Shown here one piece after another: positions 11,484 to 24,030 of a DNA stretch of 64,000 nucleotides. The notes below the pieces were generated by a model, which searched no databases, was not told the DNA's origin, and saw only the letters and a program-made list of their open reading frames with translations. Within the stretch, counting starts at the first letter, position 1. Every line of letters begins with the position of its first letter. Both the position numbers and the translations under genes were made by a program. This stretch comes from Phyllobates terribilis (Eukaryota): NCBI RefSeq assembly GCF_046119375.1, contig NW_027362769.1, positions 51,708,001 through 51,772,000 of the forward strand. Reading direction: 5' to 3'.

Positions 11484-12935
11484 TCGTTTATTTTTTACGC
11501 CGTTCCTCGTGCGGTATAAGTGATTAGACGACTTTATTCTTCGGGTCGGTGCGATTACTGCGATACCAGAATCATATGGGGTTTTTATGATTGACAGCTG
11601 TCACACACTAAAAGACGCATTTTTTGTAAAATCTAGTTTTTGCGTCGCCATATTTTGAGAGCTATAATTTTTCCATATTTTGGCCTACAGAGTCATGTGA
11701 CAGCTCGTTTTTTGCGGGACAAGTTGATGTTTTTATTGGTGCCATTTTCAGGCATGTGACGTTTTTTGATTGCTTTCTATTCCGATTTTTTGGGAGGCAG
11801 AATAAACAAAAACCACCAATTCAGGAATTGTTTTTTTGTTTTTTTTTATTCTGTTCCGCGTGTGGTAAAATTGATAAGGCAGCTTTATTCTTTGTGTCAG
11901 TACGTTTACAGCGGTACCACATTTATATCGTTTTTCTATGTTTTGGCGCTTTTACACAATAAAAGATATTTTATAGAAAAAAATATTTTTTTGCATCGCT
12001 TTATTCTGAGAGCTATAACTTTTTTATTTTTCAGATGATGGACCTGTATGGTGGCTTGTTTTTTTGCGGGACAAGATGACGTTTTCAGCGGTACCATTTT
12101 TATTTATATTTGTCTTTTTGATTGCGTGTTATTCCATTTTTTGTTTGGCAGTATGATGATAAAGCATTGTTTTTTGCTTCGTTTTTTATTTTTATTTTTT
12201 ACCGTGTTCACTGAAGGGGTTAACTAGTGGGACAGTTTTATAGGTCAGGTCGTTCTGGACGTGGCGATACCAAATATGTGTACTTTTGTTTGTTTGCTTT
12301 TTTTCATAATAATATTTATTGATGGGTACATTATATTTTTATTTTTGGTGGATTATTTTTTTTATATTTTTACAATTTTATTTTTATTTTTTTCACTTTG
12401 AGAGTTTTTACACTTTTTTACTTTGTACCACTCTGGGACTTTCACTTTTTTTATTCTGATCGCCTGCATAGCATAGGGATGGAGCACCATCCCTGTGCCA
12501 TGCAGGCAGTCAGCGCTGCACAGTGAGAAGATTGTTTGGTCGTGCACTGCGCATGACCAAACAATGTTCCTGCTGCCTGGTGACCCTGATGTTGTCATGA
12601 TGACATCGGGTCATCATGGCAACACCCGGGAAGCCGCGGCAGACAGCGCTGAAGGCCGGAAGAGGAGGTGAGTATTGCGATCACCTCCCCTTGCCTCCGC
12701 AATGCTGCGATCAACTTCGATCGCAGCATTGCGGGGGTTAATGTGCCGGGAGTGGTGCGGGACCGCTCCCTGCACACAGTACCGGGTGTCAGCTGTGATA
12801 ATCAGCTGACACCCGCCGGCGATCGTGCCCGCACAGCCTGTGTGCGCGCGCGATCGCCATGACGTACTAATGCGGGTCAGGCTCTTAAGTCCCAGGGCAC
12901 AGACGCGTATTAATACGTCATGGGCTGTAAAGGGG

Positions 12936-14562
12936 TTAATGGACACTGGATCTCAGGTGACCACTATGCCTGAAGCGTATTTTCAAAGACATTTTCCAGA
13001 AGTTGCTCGTTCTTGGAAGGAACCTACCGTCAAATTGGTAGCGGCTAACCAATTACCTATCCCGATGGCAGGGGTAGTATGGATGTCGGTCCGAGCATGT
13101 GGAAAGAACCTCGGTCAACAGGGGATAATACCGACCACAGGATCTGGAGGTGACGGGCCCATTGTAACTCTGGGCATGAATGTGCTTAAGGAGGTCGGAC
13201 AGTTCTTGGCTGAGGATCTGACAGAAATAACTGGACCCCCACCACTCGTGACCCAGGCAGCAAGAGGGTCTTTCAACACCTCGTACGAGTCAGTCAAATT
13301 CAAAATTTGCCTGTTGTTTCTCAGTATCTTGGTAGAGTGTCTATGCCGTCTGAAGCTACAGTGACATTGCCAGTAGGACAGGCTGTACTCACTCTGCCGG
13401 TGCTGGCACATGTATCATTAGAGGGTATGGACATTCAGATAGAATCAATAGAAAGGGAAGAGGCGCCTGCTGGATTCTGGTTGCTCGCACACTGGCTACC
13501 GTGCGTCAGGGTCGAGTACCCGTACCCTGTATTAACCTAAGTGGCACAAGCCTACATTTGTTGCCCGGCCAAGACATAGGGCGGGTTTGCATAAAGCCAG
13601 AGGACCTAACCAGAGTGGATGCTATAGAGTTGGAGCCCGTGGACAGAAAACCATGGACCCTAGAGGTGTTCCTTTACAGGCAAGAAGTCAAAAGGGAACC
13701 TTTGGCTGGGCGTCACCTCTTAGAGCAAATGGAGGCTAATCTCACTGAGTTTTCTGCTGGACTAGTTAGGCAGATCGAGCAACTTTTACAGCGTTACCAG
13801 GGGGTGTTTGCACAACATGAAGATGATTTCGGGTGCACTCGAGATATTCAACACGAAATACCCACAGGAAATACGGCTCCCATTCGGGAAAAGTATCGGC
13901 AGATCCCACCTCAAATGTACCAGGAAGTGAAAGAACTTTTAGCCCATATGTTGAGGAATGGTGTAATTCGCCAAAGTCAGAGTCCTTAGGCAGCTCCTAT
14001 TGTGCTAGTTCGAAAAAAAGACGGTACTCTGAGATTTTGCGTAGATTATCGGAAATTGAATGCATGTACCGTGCGAGACTCTTACCCATTACCCTGAATA
14101 GAAGAAGCTCTATCCACATTAGGAAGTGCTAAATTCTTCTCTTCTCTTGACCTGGCCAGTGGCTATTGGCAGGTCCCAGTAGCTGAGAAAGATCGTCCGA
14201 AAACCGCTTTTGTTCTTCCTATGGGTTTGTTTGAGTTTAACGGGATGCCGTTCGGGCTGACAAATATTGATGGAGAGATGCTTGGGGGACCTAAACTTCG
14301 AAGCTACTTTAATTTATCTGGATGATATAATTATTTATTCAGCCACGTTTGAAGATCATCTCCGCCGACTGGAACAAGTGCTAGAACGACTTCAGAAGCA
14401 TGGATTGAAAATCAAGCCTCGTAAGTGTCATCTCTTCCAATGAGAAATTGAATATTTGGGGCACACTGTCCAGTGCGGGAGTGTATCCCACTGCTGAGAA
14501 AGCAGATGCAGTGCAGAAGTGGCCCACACCAGTCAACTTAAGGGAGTTGAGAGCATTTCTAG
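12936..14562 (+). pseudogene. Gypsy pol (protease, RT), disrupted and 3'-truncated
   Basis: LMDTGSQVTTM protease; [22 protein letters not shown]; LDLASGYWQVP; MPFGL; IYLDDII; ends RELRAFLG; stops and frameshifts; no RNase H or integrase. Confidence 0.95.
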
Positions 14563-14687
14563 GACATTTCCGCAGCATGTGCACAGCACATGCGGATTAT
14601 CATTGGGAAACATGGCAGACATTTTAACAAGCGATTTTAATGCGTTTCCGCGGAAACGCATTAAATCTGCATCGTGGGCACTCAGCC
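14563..14687. mobile_element. Right end of a Harbinger-like MITE
   Basis: Ends CGTGGGCACTCAGCC|TTA, matching the TIR family at 56649-57036. Confidence 0.65.
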
Positions 14688-14690
14688 TTA

Positions 14691-15480
14691 CAATCTTTGT
14701 GTACTTTTCTGCTCACTCTTCCATAAAGGCCACCTCTATGGAGTGTACGGCTTATTGTGCTCCTATGGACAGATACTCCAGTCTCTGCTTGGGAACTCTG
14801 CAGCTCCTTCAGGGTTACCTTTTGGTCTCTGTGCGCCCTCTCTGATTAATGCCCTCCTTGCCCGGGCTGAGGGTTTTGGTGGGCGACCCTCTCTTAGCAG
14901 GTTTGTTTTGATGCCATGTTCTTTCAATTTGATGATAATGGATTTGATGGTGCTCTCGGGGATCATCAGAGATTGGGATATTTTTTTAGAACCCAACCCT
15001 AACTTAGTAACATAGGTTCGATAAAGTTTAACCTTCCTCCCCCAATTGTACAACTTTATCCCTGACTTGTTTGGATATCTCCTTGGTCTTCATGGTGTTG
15101 TTTGATTAGTGGTGCCTCTTGCTTAATGGTGTTGCAGCCTCTGTGGCCTTTCAGAAAAAGTGTGTATATACTGACAGACCATTTGACATTTAGATTGCAC
15201 ACAGGACTTCCTTTCACTAAGCATGTGACTTATAAACGTAATTGCTTTCACCAGAAATTTTTAGGGGCTTCATAGCGAAAGGGGTGAGTACATATGCACA
15301 TGCCAATTTTTAGTTAATTGAAGTAAATTTAATTTATGCCTATATTTTTCTTACTTCACCAACTTAGACTATTTAGTGCTGATGCATCGCACACAAATCA
15401 GATTACAAAAATATTTAAACACAGATTGTAATGTAACAAAATAGGTAAAAAGCCAAGGGGTTGAATACTTTCACAAGCAA
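14691..15480 (-). mobile_element. Tc1 element, 5' half; terminal bases displaced to 24611-24621 by the hAT insertion
   Basis: ATG at 15093 (MKTKEISKQVRD...), HTH region GRPPK; reconstructed end TA|CAGTTGCTTGTGAAAGTATTCAACCCC. Confidence 0.88.
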
Positions 15481-16252
15481 TAGTGATGAGCGAGCACTAA
15501 AATGCTCGGGTACTCATTGCTCGGGTCGAGCAAATTGAAATACTCGGGTGCTCGACCCGAGCAACGAGCCCAATGTAAGTCTATGGGAAACTCGAGCATT
15601 TTTCAGGCGGCTCCCCCCAGCGGTCTGCAGAGGGCCTAAAAATTGCCCAAATCGATGGGAACAGTGCTCAAATGACATGGGGACAGCATGTGGAAGACCC
15701 CAGCATTTCTGACTCCCAGGTCACTTCTGTCAACAACGTTGTCAGAGGTATTACGCCACTTTTACGGACTCACAATAAAACATACCAAAACGAAACCAAA
15801 ATAGATTTTCCTGGGAAATATGTTAAGGAACATCCTTTCCATGACATGTACAATGCATATAAAGCAAAATAAATAACCAAAAACAAAAATACTCCTCCAC
15901 ACCTTGGGCTATGTTCACACATAGCGTTTTTGATGCGTTTTTGCACTGCTTTCAACCAAGACAAATGCATTCACCAGGAAATTTCATTTTAACATTTTAC
16001 AACCTTATCTGGCCATGTGGTGTGTGACACATCATCAGACACATGCATACAGTGCTGAAAAGTCATGGGAACAGCATGGGGAAGACCTCTGGAAGCATCT
16101 CTGACTCCCAGTTCACTGCCTAAAAGTGTGCCCATCATAAATGATCCTTGGCACATGCGAAGATGCCTCCCGCCATGAACCTGTCGTTGCAGACTTGCAA
16201 CAATCACCATCCACATCCTTGTTCTACAGCAGCTTTCAGTTGTCCCTACCCC

Positions 16253-17640
16253 ATTCCTTGGAATGCAAGCGCAAGTATGCAGGCAGCCAGCCAGCCACCC
16301 ATCCACAGGCGGCAATACTGTACTGCCAAATTTTTGACAGCTGCTTGCACTTGAAATGTAGCCTTTTAGGCTCGTGGAGGCGGAAGCTTTTCATAACCTC
16401 ATGCCAGCAGCAGCCGGGTGTCCATACTCGGTCCCCAGCCGCCACTATATTTCCCGGTATCGCCTCCGCCTTCCACAAGCACGGGTCCCACAACATTATC
16501 CGTGCCCTCCCCAGTGCACTTACTGCGAAGGACCGCCTAAAGATGAACACGTGGACAGGTGAATGTGGCCAGGGACGGTACGGAGCCAGTCCACAACTTT
16601 TTTTGCTGACAGTTGTATTTAGCTCGGTGAAAGGACTGGCATAGAGGGAAACCGTATCTACCCTGCGTGTCATTTCTCCCAGGAAGTCCTGTAATGCAGC
16701 TTGTTGCAGAAGCAAAGGCAGCCCGTCCATCATCAACTCGCCCTTGTCGGTGGTCCTTTGACACACAAACCTCTTTCTTTGCGCATTTCTTGAATACAGA
16801 GTTGGACAATGGCCTGATCTGTAATGCGGTTTGAGAAATAACATGCATAAGCATGGCCAATCCACATTAAAAAGCAGCCATAGAGTGTCCGAGATCCTTC
16901 CCCCACACTTTTCTTAGCCTGGGCTGCTTTTCGGCAGGGTTGGACGGGCCCACCAGAGAACCGGAGACTCCTTCGGCGGGCCCTGGCTTCTTCTTCAGGA
17001 GAGTTCATAGTGCCGAGGTGAGGCCATGATGATGATAGAGGCCACCATCTGCTTAGTTTTCTGTTACTTGGAATGCAAGTGCAAGAATGCAGCCACCCAC
17101 CCACCCACGAGCCGCAAAACTAAACTGCCAGATTTGTGGGCTGCTTTTTGTACTTGAAATATGGCCTTTTAAGCTTGTGGAGGCTGAAGCTTTTCACAAC
17201 CTCATGCCGGCGGCGGCCGGGTGTCCATGCTCGGTCCCCAGCCGCCACTATATTTCCCGGTATCGCCTCCGCCTTCCACAAGCACGGGTCCCACAACATT
17301 ACCCGTGCCCTCCCCAGTGCACTTACTGGGAAGGACCGCCTAACCACAAACACGTGGACAGGTGAATGTGGCCAGGGACGGTACGGAGTCAGTCCACAAC
17401 TTTTTTTGCTGACAGTTGTATTTAGCTCGGTGAAAGGACTGGCATAGAGGGAAACCCTATCTACCCTGCGTGTCATTTCTCACAGGAAGTCCTGTAAAGC
17501 TGCTTTCACTTGAAATGTGGCCTTTTAGTCTCGTGGAGGCGGAAGCTTTTCACAACCACATGCCTCATGTCCATACTCGGTCCCCAGCCGTCACTATTTC
17601 TCCCGGTGTTGTCTCCGTCTTCTACAAGTGCGGGTCCCTG
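16253..17640 (+). pseudogene. Three inverted, degenerate hAT transposase fragments
   Basis: About 16253-16582, 17068-17385 and 17490-17640 resemble the reverse complement of about 21610-21935 (LERKRKY..LEMLPFRLVETEAF..VPSRHY..TWT..GQGRY). Confidence 0.88.
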
Positions 17641-17897
17641 AACATTACTGCTGGTACTTTTCTGTGGGAATTTGCTTGCCTCCTACCAGCCTGGAATATT
17701 TACAGCAAACTATGGTACGACGCCATAGTATTAGCACTGCCCCCAGTACCAGTAGCGAAGCCATCCCCAATTTCCTTCTCAGGAATTTTATTTGGTATAC
17801 TGAGTGGCTGCCCAAATACATTTTCTCACAAAGTAGCTGAAGATAGAGTGGCAGTAGGTGCAAGTTTCTACAGCCTGTTAGATATTAGAGGGTGAAC

Positions 17898-18009
17898 GGC
17901 AGCACATTGGATCAGTGGTTAGCACTGAAGACTTGCAGCGCTGGGATCCTGGGTTCAAATCCCAGCAAGGACTTTGTATGTTCTCCCCGTGTTTGCGTGT
18001 ATTTCCTCC
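17898..18009 (+). mobile_element. tRNA-derived SINE (V-SINE-like) 5' fragment
   Basis: A-box TGGATCAGTGG, B-box GGTTCAAATCC, then TTTGTATGTTCTCCCCGTGTTTGCGTG typical of the V domain. Confidence 0.8.
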
Positions 18010-18359
18010 TCAGTAAAAAAGCAGCCATAGAGTGTCCGGGAACCTTTCCACACACTTTTCTTAGCCAGGACTGCTTCTTGGCAGGGTTGGACGGTCCCAC
18101 CAGAGAATCCTCTGGTGTGCCTTGGCCTCTACCTCAGGAGAGTTCATGATAGCACTAACTTTGCAGCTGCTATGGGGCTCTTGAGCGGGGGAGAAAGGTT
18201 AGCCCTCAGAATCAAATCCTCTGGTGGGCACAATGTTTTTCAATCTGAAACAGATTCTCAGTGGGAGTTGTATTTCACCACAGCCATATTCTTTAGCTCG
18301 GTGAAAGGACTGGCATTGAGGGAAACCATATCTACCCCGGCTGTCATTTCTCCGTCACC

Positions 18360-18595
18360 AGGTTCCGCCCATTGTTACACACGACCATGCCTGGCTGCAT
18401 GTTCAGCGGTGAGAGCCACAGATCAGGCTGCTGTGTTACAGCTTTCAACAACTCTGCAGCACTGGGCGGTTTGTCAATTAAGCATGTTATCTTCAGCACA
18501 GCCTGTTGCCACTTGGCCAAGGCAGTGCTGCAGTGCTGTCAACTTGTGACTGATGTGATCATTTCGGAGATGGAGGAGGAGGTGCAGGAGCTGAA
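18360..18595 (-). pseudogene. hAT transposase fragment in direct orientation
   Basis: Same-strand similarity to about 21225-21485. Confidence 0.85.
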
Positions 18596-18899
18596 AAATG
18601 TGATTACATTGTTGTTAAATTGGTGACGCTGTTTTTTATACTAAAGAAAGATCCTATTGTTTTGGTTTTTTTACGCTATTTTTTAAGACAAATGCATTCA
18701 CCGGGAAATGTCATTTTAACATTTTACAACCTTATCTGGCAATGTGGTGTGTGACACATCATCAGAGGCATGCTGTTTTATTTCTGATGGAGGGACTCTG
18801 AAAGTCAAAAAGCCTATTTTTATAGGGACATCAGACGGCCCTTACTATTCTTAAAAGGCCAGCAGTCGGCCCTAGCTATTGTTAGAGAGCCATCAGCCG

Positions 18900-19500
18900 G
18901 CTATGCTTTTTTGTTCCCATTATTAACAAGTGGGTCTCCTATATTGTTATTGCGTATCCAGTGACTGCAAGGGCTGCCAAAAATTTGGACGCAACCCAAT
19001 ACCCCTTTGAAGAGACATAGAGGAGGATCTCAGTAAAAAAAATGTTCCCATTATAAAGGAGCAGGTCTCCTATAGTGGTAATGCCCATGCTGTGACTGCA
19101 AGGGCTGCCAGAATTTGGGAAAAACCCAACTAAGAATTTAAAGACACATAGAGCAGGTCCACAGTAACAAGGTACAACATGTTCCCATTAGAAAGGAGAG
19201 AGTCTGCTATACAGTTATAGGGTATGCAGTGAGTCCAACGGCTGACCAATTTTAGGAAAAACCCCATTAAGAATTTAAAGACACACAGAGCAGGGCCACA
19301 GTAACGACAAATTCCCATTAGAAAGGAGAGAGTCTCCCATAGTGTTGGCCTATGCAGTGAATGCAAGGGCTGCCTAAAATTTGGAGGCACTTCAATGCCC
19401 CTTGGAAGAGATGTGGAGGAGGGCATCAAAAAAAATGTTCCCATTAGAAAGGAGCGGGCCTCCTATACTTGTAATGCCCATGCACTAAGTGTATGGGCTG
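18900..19500. repeat. Diverged tandem repeat inside hAT copy 2, 3' of the ORF
   Basis: (G)TTCCCATTAGAAAGGAG.GGTCTCCTATAGT..TGCAAGGGCTGCC recurs several times. Confidence 0.8.
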
Positions 19501-19757
19501 ACAAACATTTACCCCTGGGGGGTATACATGAACTTACTGTATAAAAAATTTTTTTTACAGGCATCATAAACACCCTTTACAAAAATTAGGTGGGTGTTGC
19601 ATCACGGACCACGGTCACCCTGGTGATATGGTGGTGGAAGATGAGGAGAAGGAGGAGGACAAGAGCAAATAGCCAAAATCAGGAAGCGTATACCCATGTA
19701 TGGGTGTGAAAAGGTGCATGGGAATATACCTCTCAAGAAAAGACACTGTATTTGAGC

Positions 19758-22700
19758 TTATGTTACGTTGCTATCATTTGGTGGTGTTGAGAAGTCTGGC
19801 CCAATCCAGCCCTTGTTCATTTTTATAAGAGTCAGCCTGTTAGCATTTTCGGTTGACAGGCGGATGCGCTTATCAGTTATAATTCCACCAGCGGCACTAA
19901 AAACCAGCTCTGATAAAACGCTGGCAGCAGGGCAGGCCAGGACCTCCAAGGCATAGAGAGCCAGTTCATTCCACGTATCCAGCTTGGATACCCAATAATT
20001 ATAAGGCACAGCGGAATCACGGAGGACATTGGTACGGTCGGCAAGGTACTCCCTCAGCATCTTCCCAAACTTTGCACTCCTTGTGAGAGTACCCCGCGCC
20101 TCAGGGCCTGTCCGATGGGAGGGTCTGAGAAAACTCTCCCAGAACTTTGACAGTGTTCCCCTGCCTCTGCTGGATTTAAGTTGGGTTTCTCTCGTCTGTA
20201 CTCCTTGGTTGTCCAACGAAGTGTGCCCTCTGCCGCCAGCGTTTTCAGATGGGAATTTTTTTAATAGTTCCGCAACAAGGACCTTCTGGTACTGCCCCAT
20301 TTTTGTAGACCTGTCCGCCTCAGGAATAAGAGATATAAAGTTCTCCTTGTAGCGTGGGTCTAGAAGTGTCACCAACCTGTAATGACTGTCACCCAAAATT
20401 TTGAGAACACGAGGGTCATGGGAAAGGCAGCATAACAAACTCAGCCATGCGTGCCAGACTACTAACAGGCAAGACTTCCGTGTCCTCACCAAGAGGATGA
20501 CTGACCATGCTCTCCTCCTCCTCTCTGTCCTCTGGCCATCCACGCTGAGCAGACGGTATGACAGCTGTGCAGGTAGTACCGTCTATAGTGCATGAAACTA
20601 GCTCCTGTCCTTCCTCCTCCTCCTCCTCCTCTTCCACATTGTCACCCAATCCACGTTGGGATGAGATGAGGCTTGGCTGTGTGTAATCACCTTGTATGGT
20701 TCCTTGCTCCATCTCATCGTTCTCCGTCTGCAATGCATCCTCTTTGATTGTGAGCAGAGAGCGTTTCAGAAGACAGAGAAGCGGTATGGTGACGCTAATT
20801 ATGGCGTCATCGCCGCTCACCATCTTGGTGGAGTCCTCAAAGTTTTGGAGGATGGTACATATGTCTGACATCCATGTCCATTCCTGAGGTCTTATGTGTG
20901 GAATTTGAACTGAATACCGACGGCCTTGTTGATGCTGGTACTCAACAACTGCCCTCTTCTGCTCACAAATCCTTCCCAACATCTGCAGTGTAGAGTTCCA
21001 ATGCATGGGGACATCACACACCAGTCTGTGAGCCGGAAGCTGCAAACGCTGCAAGGGCGGCGGAAGCTGTAGCTGACTTTCTAAAATGGGCTCACAGGCG
21101 GCGTACTTTAACAAGCAGATCCGGCAGCTCCGGGTAGGATTTGAGAAACTGCTGAACCACGAGGTTAAGCACATGGGCCAGGCATGGTACGTGTGTGAGC
21201 TCGCTTCGCCTCAGAGCCGCCACCATGTTCCGGCCATTGTCACACACGACCATGCCTGGCTGTAGGTTCAGCGGTGTGAGCCACAGATCTGCCTGCTCTT
21301 TCAGAGATGTCCACAACTCTTCAGCATTGTGTGGTTTTTCACCTAAGCGTATTAGCTTCAGCACAGCCTGTTGCCACTTGGCCGAGGCAGTGCTGCAGTG
21401 CTTCCAGCTTGTGACTGATGTGGTCATTTTGGAGATGGAGGCTGAAGAGGAGGAGAAGGCTGAGGAGGATGAGGTGAAGGAGCTGTAGACCGTGGGGGCA
21501 ACCCTGATTGACCTAGGGCCTGAAATCCTTGGCGTCGGGAGGATGTGTTCCGTCCCAAGGTCCGACTGGGTCCCGGCTTCCACTATGTTAACCCAGTGTG
21601 CCGTCAGCGAGATGTACCGTCCCTGCCCACAAGCACTTGTCCACGTGTCCGTGGTTAGGTGGACTTTACCGGTAACTGAGCTGTTGAGAGCACAGCTAAT
21701 GTTTTGGGACACATGCTTGTGTAATGCGGGGACGGCACACCTGGAGAAATAGTGGCGGCTGGGAACCGAGTACCGAGGGACAGCCGCCGCATTCAGGTTG
21801 CGGAATGCTTCCGTCTCCACGAGCCTAAAAGGCAACATTTCGAGTGCAAGCAGTCGTGAAATGTGAGAATTTAGTAGTGTGGCCTGTGGGGCGTTGGCTG
21901 CGTATTTGCGCTTGCGTTCCAAGGACTGGGGTATGGACAACTGAACGCTGCGCTGGGACAAGGACATGGACCTGCTTCCTGATGCTGCTACTTGAGAGTG
22001 TGCAACGACAGGTGCAGGGCAGGAGGCATCTTCGCATGCACCATGGACAAAGGATTGGCTTGCATGCACAACAGTGGAAGAAGCAATGGTGCCACCCGCA
22101 GACACTGTTCCTGGACCCTGGGGTTCGGCCCACAAAGTCGGGTGCTTTGCTGCCACGTGCCTGATCATGCTGGTGGTGGTCAGGCTGGTCGTTTTGCCAC
22201 CCCTGCTGATGCTGGCCTGGCAGGTGTTGCAAATGGCCTTTTTGGGGTTATCAGCAGAGTCTTTAAAAACAACCAGACTCGGGAAGACCTAACAGATGTA
22301 CTGGCAACTTCCTTCGTGTTGATGTTACGGGGAACGGTTGCCTGCCTTCTGTCTGCGGCCACCACACTGCTTCTTCCTGCCTGTTGGGGTGCTCTGCCTC
22401 CCTCCCCCTGTGTGCTGCTGTCCTCGCTCTGCATGTCCTTCTGCCAGGTTGGGTCAGTTACTATATCATCGACCACCTCGTCTTCCACTTCCCCACCCTG
22501 GTCCTCCTCCTGACTTTCTGGCAATTGTGTCTCATCATTGTCCACCTCTTGTGACACTTTCCCAACGTCGCCTTCGTGTGACCGTGGCTGCTCAAAGATT
22601 TGGGAATCGCTACACCCGATCTCCTCTTGCCCCGCTTCAAGTGGACCGGGCAAGAGGCCCGAATCTATAAATGGAAAAGTGAACAGCTCTTCAGAGTGTC

Positions 22701-23061
22701 CAAGTGTGGGATCAGTTGTCCCTGGGTACTTGGCATGGTGGGAGGAAGGAGGATCAGGGTGAGGAATATGCGGTCCAGACTCACGGCTACTGAGACTTGA
22801 CCATGTGAAAGACAGGGTGGTGGTGGTGGCTAAGTGACTGGAAGCATTATCCGCTATCCAACCAACCACCTTTTGACACTGCTCTGGGTTCAATAGTGGT
22901 GTGCTGCGGTCCCCTAGGAATTGGGACAGGAAGGTCAGGCGAGAAGATGTGGGTGTTTGTTGTGGCACAATTTCGACTTGCCCATGGCCTTGTCCTCGGC
23001 CTCTGCATGCACCATTACCATCACGTCCAGTTCCCCGTCCCTTGCCACGTGCCTTGCCCAT
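19758..23061 (-). pseudogene. hAT transposase (BED finger), frameshifted; copy 2
   Basis: MGKARGKGRG start; BED finger CNTC..HVAAKH across a poly-T frameshift near 22266; LTTDTWTS; VCDNG; CLAHVLNL; HWNST; WNELALYALEVLACPAASVLSELVFS. Confidence 0.95.
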
Positions 23062-23427
23062 TTTAAATGGAGGGCAGTATCTTCCACGCTCACTACAAAT
23101 GCCAAAAGAAAAGGGAAAGGGCGCATGTGTAGACTCACAGGGCTATTTATATAAATTAAAAAGTGCCAGTGCACTCACCTGTGATGGTTGTGTACGTCTA
23201 CACAACAAAGATTAAGCATGTGATTAATGAGGCTCCGGGTCGCCTCTCTCTATTTGTAATACTGTCCTGTTGGTGTTTGCATCGCAACTCCGTGCTCCTC
23301 GACCGGATAACACGTCACCGCAGGTCCTCAGTTGTTTATCCCGGTGGCTGGATAACCGCAGGTCCTCAAACATCCAAATATGCCAGGCTGCTCCTGCCGC
23401 TTTGGCTCCGTATGGAGATATTTCACA

Positions 23428-23657
23428 TGTAAACAATGGTGCAGCGGTCTCAGGGAGCGCCAAAGGAATACTGGACAATTTAATGGATGATAACCGACCT
23501 TTATTCTTCCTCCAATACCACTGCAACAATGCGTTTCGACGGTCTAAGCAGTCTTCATCAGGTGGGGTAAAGGAGGAAGAATAAAGGTCGGTTATCATCT
23601 ATTAAATTGTCCAGTATTCCTTTGGCGCTCCCTGAGACCGCTGCACCATTGTTTACA
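23428..23657. repeat. 86-bp near-perfect inverted repeat with 58-nt spacer
   Basis: Arms 23428-23513 and 23572-23657, one mismatch seen; spacer holds a hammerhead-like core on the minus strand. Confidence 0.93.
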
Positions 23658-23689
23658 CGCTCTCTACAAATGACTGAGTTTGGAGCGAA

Positions 23690-24030
23690 TTTATATGTGA
23701 TTCGTGTGACGGAGAAAACACAGTTTTAAGTACCTGGCCTGTAGGTAACTATTTTGAACAGCAAACCAGTGTCAAAAACGTTGCTGACACACTGAAAAAA
23801 AAATTTAATGGAGGCCAGAAATAGCAGCATTTTTTGACAACGTATATGTGAGCTGTGTGACGGAGAAAACACAGTTTTAAATACCTGGCCTGTAGGTAAC
23901 TATTTTGAACTGCAATCTGGTGTCAATTGCTTCACTGACACACTGAAAACATTTTTTAATGGAGGTCAGAAATGGCAGTATTTTCTGAAAACGTATATGT
24001 GATCCGTGTGACGGAGAAAGCACAGTTTTA
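23690..24030. repeat. Tandem repeat inside hAT copy 2, 5' region
   Basis: GTGTGACGGAGAAA.CACAGTTTTAA at about 23704, 23855 and 24006. Confidence 0.85.

Larger units (their letters stand above)
9753..12935 (+). mobile_element. Non-autonomous piggyBac-type element (copy A)
   Basis: TTAA|CCCCTTTACA ... TGTAAAGGGG|TTAA; no transposase; left about 1 kb shared with copies at 39481 and 59056. Confidence 0.93.

Noticed and set aside
17898-17970. Functional tRNA gene
   Set aside because: No complete cloverleaf or acceptor stem; it continues directly into SINE body sequence.
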